DNA of 64,000 nt, taken from assembly GCA_963798485.1 (NCBI GenBank), contig CAWCTR010000030.1:1-64000 (forward strand). The letters are read 5' to 3'. The notes under the pieces are model-generated. The model had not been told where the DNA came from and did not search any database. It saw only the letters and a program-made list of their open reading frames with translations. The stretch comes from an uncultured delta proteobacterium. Lineage in GTDB: Bacteria > Desulfobacterota > Desulfomonilia > UBA1062. The translations under genes and the position numbers were made by a program. The stretch's first letter is position 1; each line of letters opens with the position of its first letter. Positions 57,229-64,000 of this stretch are shown in pieces.

Positions 57229-58025
57229 ACACCATGATCTTTGCCGCTGTCACCTTTGTCTATCTTGCTTCATTTGTTATCTTCCTCTTGGCAGAGGTTG
57301 CGGGCCGTGCAGCATGGGTCCGTGCAGGGAAGACGGTGGCCGTAACGGGACTTGTCTTCCACACCCTTGGGATCGCCATCAGGTGGGCGGAGTCACACCA
57401 GGCAGGCATCGGCCATGCCCCGCTGTCGAATTTCTATGAGTCCCTGGTCTTCTTCTCCTGGTCTGTCTGCCTGCTCTACCTCATCTATGCCTGGAAGGAG
57501 ACAAAAGGCCTCATCGGGGTATTTGTTCTGCCTGCGGCCTGCCTGCTCATGGCCTATGCATCCTTTTCCCCCACCGTGGATACCCGCATCCAGCCCTTAA
57601 TCCCTGCGCTCAAGAGCAACTGGCTCATCATCCATGTGGTCACATGTTTCTTGGGGTATGGGGCCTTTTTCATGGCCTCTTCATTCGGGGTCGTTTCTCT
57701 TGTGAACAAGGGCTCGGCAGAAGCTCAAGCCTCCCTGGCCGACATGCTTGAAAAGAGCCTCAAGACCGGGTTCATCCTGTTCACCTTCGGCATCATCACC
57801 GGCTCCGTATGGGCACATTTTGCCTGGGGGAGGTACTGGGGCTGGGATCCCAAGGAGACCTGGGCACTCATCACCTGGCTCATCTATGCGGCTGCCATCC
57901 ATGTGAGAGTACGTGACGGGTCTGTGAGCAGGCGCGTCGCCATCATCACCATTATCGGGCTTGTGAGTGTCCTGTTCACCTACTTCGGGGTGAACTACCT
58001 GCCCGGGCTTCACAGCTATAAATAA
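57225..58025 (+). CDS. ccsA: Cytochrome c biogenesis protein CcsA/ResC
   Basis: HAPLSNFYE, LKSNWLIIHV, WWD domain WAHFAWGRYWGWDPKETW, GLHSY. Confidence 0.95.
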   Translation: MNTMIFAAVTFVYLASFVIFLLAEVAGRAAWVRAGKTVAVTGLVFHTLGIAIRWAESHQAGIGHAPLSNFYESLVFFSWSVCLLYLIYAWKETKGLIGVFVLPAACLLMAYASFSPTVDTRIQPLIPALKSNWLIIHVVTCFLGYGAFFMASSFGVVSLVNKGSAEAQASLADMLEKSLKTGFILFTFGIITGSVWAHFAWGRYWGWDPKETWALITWLIYAAAIHVRVRDGSVSRRVAIITIIGLVSVLFTYFGVNYLPGLHSYK

Positions 58026-58178
58026 CTTACCTGCATAGGGGCCCGCCGTTCCTGCCTGAAGCTGCGGGCATCAATGAAGATGCTGCCGGTAAGCCGACAG
58101 GACTAATCACTTGATACTTTCGACGCAAGACATTACATGGTACCTGAAATCATACGAATAACATAGGAGAGTGACATC

Positions 58179-58754
58179 ATGGATATAGTGAACCGTTTTT
58201 CAAAGATAACCTTCATGGCCGTAGCGTTTCTGGCAGTTTCCTTGATTATCTTTGCTGCCCCGTCAATGGCCAGGGCCGAGACAGCCAAGGAGATTGACGT
58301 GAGCACTGATGTGGCCCTGGAAAATTTTGCAAAAGAGGTCAAGGGCGCAAAGGAATTCCTCCAGGCATCCAAGGGGGTCCTCGTGTTCCCCACGGTTTAC
58401 AAGGCCGGCTTCTTCTGGTTGGGGGGCGAGTATGGCGAAGGGGCGCTGCGTATCGACGGGAAGACAACTGATTATTATAACATCGCCGCCGGCTCGCTGG
58501 GATTCCAGCTTGGCGCCCAGGTCAAGACCGTGATCCTCGTGTTCCTCCAGAAGGACGCCCTGGAACAGTTCCGCAAGAGCGAGGGGTGGAAGGCGGGCGT
58601 TGACGGCTCCGTGGCCGTGGCAGATGTGGGTGTGGGCCAGGCTCTTGACTCCACAACCTTTAAGGAGCCTATCATCGGCTTTATCATAGACCAGAAGGGG
58701 CTGATGTATAACCTTACCCTCGAAGGGGCGAAGTTTACCAAGATCACTAAATGA
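58179..58754 (+). CDS. Secreted Ysc84/SYLF-domain (lipid-binding-like) protein
   Basis: Signal peptide, GVLVFPTVYKAGF, GGEYGEG, SLGFQLGAQ, KGLMYNLTLEG. Confidence 0.85.
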   Translation: MDIVNRFSKITFMAVAFLAVSLIIFAAPSMARAETAKEIDVSTDVALENFAKEVKGAKEFLQASKGVLVFPTVYKAGFFWLGGEYGEGALRIDGKTTDYYNIAAGSLGFQLGAQVKTVILVFLQKDALEQFRKSEGWKAGVDGSVAVADVGVGQALDSTTFKEPIIGFIIDQKGLMYNLTLEGAKFTKITK

Positions 58755-58830
58755 AGCGATACATATTCAATCAATACAGAATAACGGTCGCTTACCTTGT
58801 TTTACCTGTGGGAGACGGCCAGGGGATCTT

Positions 58831-60693
58831 GTGAAGGTCGCACTCATCCAGCTTCCGTTGCAGTCGCATGATTATGTCTATTCCCTTGAGAACATGCCCC
58901 TGGCCGCAGGGTATCTGGCTTCTTATGCATCGGCCGGGAATGTACCTACGGATATCATTATCTGTCCTGCAGACATCGCGAACCTTGGTGGGGATGCGGC
59001 AATCCTCCGCTGGGTAGAAGAGATCCGGCCCGATATGGTGGGATTCAGCTGCTATTTGTGGAACATCCAGCGCACATTGTACCTTTGCAGTGTCATCAGG
59101 CAAAGCCTGGAGGATTGTATCATAGTGCTGGGCGGGCCCGAGGTCACAGCGGACAATGATTTTCTCCTGAGCCATGACTGCTTCCACTTCGGCGTGGCGG
59201 GAGAGGGTGAAGAGACCTTTGTAGATTTGCTCAATGCCGCAGCCCATGGCATGCAGGGCGTCCTCGATATCCCGGGGCTCATGGTGAGACAGGGTCTCAA
59301 GGCTGTGTTCACAAAACCGAGAAGCCTCCTGACCAACCTGGACAGGGTGCCTTCTCCCTACCTGAACAATATACTGACACCAGGCCTGAACAAGGGCATG
59401 GTCATGGAGACAGTAAGGGGCTGTCCCATGCGGTGCGCATACTGCTACTATCACAAGAGCTCCCCTGTGGTACGCACATTCAGGGCAGGCCGGATAGGCG
59501 AAGAGCTCAGGTGGGCCGGACAGAAAGGCATCCATGAGGCGACTATCATCGACCCATGTTTTGTAAGGAGACCTGATCTTGATGTGCTCCTCGCTGCCAT
59601 GGCCTCAGCCCGGTCTGATAAACTCCGGTTCAGCTGTGAACTGATCGCTGAGGACATCACCCCTGTCCTTGTGGATGCACTTGTTGCAGCAGGTCTTGCC
59701 CATGTGGAGATAGGGCTCCAGAGCACCAATGAAAAGGCATTGCGCAACATCAACAGACCCTTCGAGCGGGATGCCTTTATCCATGGCGTAAGGCTGCTCC
59801 GTTCAGCAGGGGTAAGGGTTATGACGGATATCATGGCGGGGCTGCCGGGCGATACCCTGGGGGATGTGAAGCGTTCCATCGATTTCGTGCTCGCACAAGA
59901 CCTCTGCGATGACCTGAGCCTCTATCCCTTGAGCATCCTACCCGGTACGAAGCTCAGGCACAAGGCCCGGCAGTTCGGCATCAATTATCAGCATGAGCCG
60001 CCTTACCTTGTCACAAAGACGTTTCACATGGATTGTGATGAAATTCGTGAGGCCTTCACCTATGCCGAAGAGGCGACAGGGAGAGACTTGTTCCCTGTTG
60101 AGCTTCCGCGCATTGGCCCCAGCAAGGGGCACAAAAACGGGAAGACCGTCCAGAGGATCGTTATCGATGATAGTGGTAAAGGCCTTCATGTTTCACCTTG
60201 CGAGATAGGACAGGCCCTTTGCATCGAGGTGCCTGGCCGTATCTTCCTGGACAGCCGGGATTCCCTCCGGACAACAATGCAGGCACTCCTTGTGGAGAAC
60301 CCCTTTACCCTGGTGAGCTGGATCATACCTGAAGAGGCCTTTCACACAGATAAGACATCAGAATTCATCACCTCTGTCGGCATCGGCAAGGCGCATCCCA
60401 TAGACAGCGAATACATGGCCACCTTCACCCCAAAGAGGTCATGCCAGCTCTTTCTTAAGGGTAGTACAACGAACGGCGGATGCATCTATACCCAGATACC
60501 GCTCCATCCGGACCCATCAAGACCCATCTGGGCGGCCCTGCCTGAAGATGCCGGACCCGAAGAGGAGCAGAGCCATAGCCGGCATATGGAAGGGCTTCTG
60601 GGATTCAAGCCCGATATCCGTTATCATGACCTGGAAGCACACCGGCACGATGCCCTTGATGACCTGCTTACGGAAAGGAACATATCGTCTTGA
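58831..60693 (+). CDS. B12-binding domain radical SAM protein
   Basis: PLAAGYL, VGFSCYLWN, VLGGPE, GEGEETF, RGCPMRCAYC, EIGLQS. Confidence 0.92.
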   Translation: MKVALIQLPLQSHDYVYSLENMPLAAGYLASYASAGNVPTDIIICPADIANLGGDAAILRWVEEIRPDMVGFSCYLWNIQRTLYLCSVIRQSLEDCIIVLGGPEVTADNDFLLSHDCFHFGVAGEGEETFVDLLNAAAHGMQGVLDIPGLMVRQGLKAVFTKPRSLLTNLDRVPSPYLNNILTPGLNKGMVMETVRGCPMRCAYCYYHKSSPVVRTFRAGRIGEELRWAGQKGIHEATIIDPCFVRRPDLDVLLAAMASARSDKLRFSCELIAEDITPVLVDALVAAGLAHVEIGLQSTNEKALRNINRPFERDAFIHGVRLLRSAGVRVMTDIMAGLPGDTLGDVKRSIDFVLAQDLCDDLSLYPLSILPGTKLRHKARQFGINYQHEPPYLVTKTFHMDCDEIREAFTYAEEATGRDLFPVELPRIGPSKGHKNGKTVQRIVIDDSGKGLHVSPCEIGQALCIEVPGRIFLDSRDSLRTTMQALLVENPFTLVSWIIPEEAFHTDKTSEFITSVGIGKAHPIDSEYMATFTPKRSCQLFLKGSTTNGGCIYTQIPLHPDPSRPIWAALPEDAGPEEEQSHSRHMEGLLGFKPDIRYHDLEAHRHDALDDLLTERNISS

Positions 60694-60707
60694 GGGATCG
60701 AGCCATC

Positions 60708-62045
60708 TCAGTAATACTCCAGCAGCCCCGAACGAAGTGCCTCTGCCTGGATGATCTTCTGCCATTTCTTTGCATGTGATTCGCTCAGGTCTAATGCAAG
60801 GGCCTTTTCATAGATGGCATCCATTTCTTCAGGCTTTGGATCTTCGAGGAAGGCATCCCTGAAGAGCTCAATCTCCGGGCCTGAGAGCTCGATATCCTTA
60901 AAGGCCGTGGCACGTTCGATAGCGATCTTCTTGCCTGATGCAAGCCTGATCTCCCTGAATGGGTTATGGTAGGTGATGCCCGGGCGCACCGTGGCAATGG
61001 CGTAAGACAGTCTCATTGCCTGAGCCATGGTCTCCGGGTGCCCATCCCTACGGATTATGCGGATCATGCCTGCCTTTGTTACATCCTCGAACGGCTTGGA
61101 CATGAGCGGGGCCCACCGCGCCCGTGAGGACCTCGTCTGGAACCGGTGGCGGTAGATGAGCGAGCAGTAGTTGACGCCCAGGTTTAGGTCTTCGTCCATG
61201 GCGTATCTCAGCAGCTTCAGGGCCGTAAGCTCGGATTCGAGGATCCCGACCTGGGGCCCGTGGAGAAAGGTGTAGCCGTGTTCGGCTAGTTGCTTCCAAT
61301 TGTGCTTTGTGCAGCGGATCTGGTGGAGGTTAAGGAAGGATATCCCAGCATCGGCCATCTCAGAGATCTTCGTCTTCATGGTTTCGTAATCTTCGGGTAT
61401 GGCCGGTATCTCCACGGTGACGTTTTCGATAATGCGTGAGGCCATCTGCGCCTTGGCCAGGTCGTATCCGGTGGCGGTGATGTTGAAACGGATCTCGTTC
61501 AGCCCTGCATCAGCGAGCATACTGAGCTTTTCTTCGGTGGCAAGGGTGCCGTTGGTGTAGAGCCAGAGATAGATGCGTTTCCCAAGGCGTTCCTTGATAT
61601 GTTTGACGAACGAGACGGTCTTGTCAAAGGTGAGCAGTGGCTCGCCGCCGCTGATGCTCGCACCGGTGAATGTGAATTCTTCGAGGTAGTCTGCATAGTC
61701 CTTGGGCGATGAGAAGGTGAGCGTGCTTGTGCCCGGCTCATCCGGATTGTCCTGCCTTGCCGGGCAGAAGAAGCACCCGGCGTTGCACAGGTTGTTGATG
61801 AAGAGGCACGACCATGCCCCTTCACCGCAGAGACGGCAGCCGGGTGAGATATTCTTATGAAAGGGCTTCGTGTTGTTGAATAAAAGGAGGCCTTTCTTCC
61901 TGATATCATAGAGCAGATTTTCTCTTATGGTTTCTGTCTGTGCAGCCTCTTGCAGACTTAGCCACCGCATTGCCGCGGCATCGGGGCCATACTCATCCAG
62001 GTTGTTTTGTACAATGGCGGCATGATCAAGTTCGGGTATAAGCAT
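60708..62045 (-). CDS. Radical SAM protein of unknown function
   Basis: SPGCRLC, CNAGCFFC, ISGGEPLL, LYTNG, EIRFNI, VEIPAIP. Confidence 0.9.
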   Translation of the reverse strand: MLIPELDHAAIVQNNLDEYGPDAAAMRWLSLQEAAQTETIRENLLYDIRKKGLLLFNNTKPFHKNISPGCRLCGEGAWSCLFINNLCNAGCFFCPARQDNPDEPGTSTLTFSSPKDYADYLEEFTFTGASISGGEPLLTFDKTVSFVKHIKERLGKRIYLWLYTNGTLATEEKLSMLADAGLNEIRFNITATGYDLAKAQMASRIIENVTVEIPAIPEDYETMKTKISEMADAGISFLNLHQIRCTKHNWKQLAEHGYTFLHGPQVGILESELTALKLLRYAMDEDLNLGVNYCSLIYRHRFQTRSSRARWAPLMSKPFEDVTKAGMIRIIRRDGHPETMAQAMRLSYAIATVRPGITYHNPFREIRLASGKKIAIERATAFKDIELSGPEIELFRDAFLEDPKPEEMDAIYEKALALDLSESHAKKWQKIIQAEALRSGLLEYY

Positions 62046-62057
62046 GGATATGTCCTA

Positions 62058-63398
62058 CTAAAGCGGTATGTCCTTGAGCAGCCTGTTTGCAGGGGAACCT
62101 TCAACGACTCTGCTGAATTCCTTGAGGATTCCCTGTAACCCTTCATGTTCACCTTGCGGGGGCATGATCATGCAGGAAACGCCGTATCCCTCTAGCGCCT
62201 CAATGACTGAAGCCACGGTAATAGCGCCCGGGTCCCTGGCAGGCATGTAGATGGTTTTCTTATGAGCCGGCGAAGCCGCCTCAACAAGGATACCGGTTTC
62301 ACACAACTCATGAAGTATATCTTTTACGAGTACGACAGGCAGGCCAAGCTGATCGGCAATGTCGGAAGGGCCGGGCGCGGGTGATCCTGCGGCGAATCCT
62401 GCCACGACACGCTGCACGATGGTAAGGCTGATGAGCTTCTTTTGGGAGGGGTTTATCTTGTGCATGTCCGGTTCCATGGCGCATGCATGTGCATTCTGAT
62501 ATGCATACGACAGCTCGGCCCCGAACAGCACGATGAACCAGCTGAGCTGAAGCCATACAAGGAACAGCGGCAGGGCTGCAAAGCTGCCGTAGATGGCATT
62601 GTAATGGGCCACTCCGACCTGAAAGTAGATATAGATCCTCTGCACTACAACAAAGATAATCCCTGCCGCCAGTCCGGCCGTAAGGCATGAAGAAGTATTT
62701 ACCTTGGTATTGGGTATGAAGGCATACATGAAGGCAAGGAGTATCCATGTGATGCAATAGGGGATCAGTTTCATCAGGATAGTTATGAAGATGGTGAAGA
62801 TCCCTAACCCGAGGCTCTCTGTGATGGAGTGCATCTGCGTTATAACCAAGACCGTAGAGCTGCCGGAGATGATGATGAGGATAGGGGCGACAAGCATGAT
62901 TGCGAGGTAGTCGCTGACCTTCCTGCCCAACGACCTGTGCCTGGTCACACCCCAAATGGTATTAAAGGAATGCTCGATGTTTTCGAGCACCTTGATGACC
63001 GACCACAGGAGCACGATGATGCCGGCGCCGGCAAGCAGCCCGCCTTTTGTACTTTCCAGGAGACGGCGGGAAAACTCAATGACATACACCACTACCTCCT
63101 GGTGATCGGCCAGATCTTCCATGAGGCGCTGCTCCAGTAGTTTCCGGAAACCGAATCCCTTGGCAATGGCAAAGGCCACCGCAGCAATAGGGACAATGGA
63201 CATGAGGGTGAAGAAGGTGAGCGCAGATGACCGCAAGGCGCAATCATCAGCGGTATATTTTCTCAAGGTGATGGAAAGGACCCTTAGGGAGGCTATGAAA
63301 ACCCTTTTCATCCCCGGGAGGTCCTTAAGGGAGACTTCCCAGATGCCCTGCTTCAGGAGCGACCTGATGGCTTCAAGATTATCGACCTTGCCCTTCAT
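62058..63398 (-). CDS. YihY/BrkB family membrane protein with C-terminal winged-helix extension
   Basis: SSALTFFTLMSIVP, IEHSFNTIW, YNAIYGSFAALPLFLVWL, LFGAE. Confidence 0.9.
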   Translation of the reverse strand: MKGKVDNLEAIRSLLKQGIWEVSLKDLPGMKRVFIASLRVLSITLRKYTADDCALRSSALTFFTLMSIVPIAAVAFAIAKGFGFRKLLEQRLMEDLADHQEVVVYVIEFSRRLLESTKGGLLAGAGIIVLLWSVIKVLENIEHSFNTIWGVTRHRSLGRKVSDYLAIMLVAPILIIISGSSTVLVITQMHSITESLGLGIFTIFITILMKLIPYCITWILLAFMYAFIPNTKVNTSSCLTAGLAAGIIFVVVQRIYIYFQVGVAHYNAIYGSFAALPLFLVWLQLSWFIVLFGAELSYAYQNAHACAMEPDMHKINPSQKKLISLTIVQRVVAGFAAGSPAPGPSDIADQLGLPVVLVKDILHELCETGILVEAASPAHKKTIYMPARDPGAITVASVIEALEGYGVSCMIMPPQGEHEGLQGILKEFSRVVEGSPANRLLKDIPL

Positions 63399-63470
63399 GG
63401 ATAATCCCCTCCTCACTACAGTCGAATGCACCCTTGAGTGCCTGACTTATACAACAAGGATGATGGAACT

Positions 63471-63514
63471 AAAAGGGGGAAGGCTGGTTATCAAGACCGG
63501 TCCTTCCCCCTCTT
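63471..63514 (-). terminator. Terminator after cheX
   Basis: AGGGGGAAGG...CCTTCCCCCT hairpin followed by a T run on the minus strand. Confidence 0.7.
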
Positions 63515-63534
63515 AATTTTATGTATGCGTTTGT

Positions 63535-64000
63535 TTAGGTGTTTACTCTGTCCTCTATGCACACCTCAATGGTGAAGTTGCCGTTGTCCGTTTCGAAGGG
63601 GACGGCAATGATCGGCTGCTTGGTAATGTGGGAGATTGCGTGGTTCTTACCGGTGATCACTGTCGGTATAGCGCCTTTGAGTGACCTTCCCATGGCTTCG
63701 AGTTTCTGCCGTGCCTGGCCGGATACGATGTTCAGGATCTCGCCTACAGCGTCTTTGACCTCATCGTTGATCTCCTTGATCTGTTCTCCGAACATATTGC
63801 CGACAATAGCAAGGATGCTTTCCTCGGAGAAGCTCACCGAAATAGTGCCCCTGGCCTCGCCGGAAAGCCCCACGATTCCGGATACATCTCCCTTTGCGAG
63901 AGAATCTCTTTTCAGATAGGGTTTACCGGCCGTTGCCTTCGTAAAGGCCAATGAGGATAATACATGCAGTGTTGCCTCTATGAACGGGTTGATGAGTTCT
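63535..64000 (-). CDS. cheX: Chemotaxis phosphatase CheX family protein (5' end outside the window)
   Basis: ELINPFIEATLHVL..., DVSGIVGLSG, ExxN motif DAVGEILNIVSG, PTVITG. Confidence 0.92.
   Translation of the reverse strand, partial: ELINPFIEATLHVLSSLAFTKATAGKPYLKRDSLAKGDVSGIVGLSGEARGTISVSFSEESILAIVGNMFGEQIKEINDEVKDAVGEILNIVSGQARQKLEAMGRSLKGAIPTVITGKNHAISHITKQPIIAVPFETDNGNFTIEVCIEDRVNT

Overview
The window looks like chromosomal DNA from a deltaproteobacterium (Desulfobacterota-like; inferred from gene content and protein style). The core backbone holds an XPB helicase with a helicase-associated/WYL partner, a BepA-like M48 peptidase and a sigma54-driven Ser/Thr-rich Ig/PKD-repeat secreted protein. 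It also holds a dcw cluster (mraZ to ftsZ, no ddl) extended by alr and an acyl-CoA synthetase, an orphan sensor kinase, tolQRAB-pal-cpoB, glgP, pyk and tRNA-Leu(TAG). Downstream of the tRNA is an integrase-free accessory region of about 38.0-55.9 kb. It contains a nested-hairpin repeat, a MITE with a target-site duplication, a fused type IIG restriction-modification gene between REP-like direct repeats, two decayed antitoxin genes, an AAA+/DUF4143 ATPase, a hybrid PAS kinase preceded by a sigma54-driven candidate sRNA, and a 2904-aa cyclic beta-1,2-glucan synthase. The window ends with system II cytochrome c maturation genes, a SYLF protein, two radical SAM enzymes, yihY and a partial cheX. 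The best leads are the sigma54 anti-SD sRNA candidate, a hidden 44-aa ORF between mraY and murD, a structured intergenic RNA candidate at about 985-1165, and the REP-bounded RM cassette. Frameshifts in ftsZ and mraZ suggest local sequencing or assembly indels. All family assignments come from motif recognition by eye; no database searches were run.
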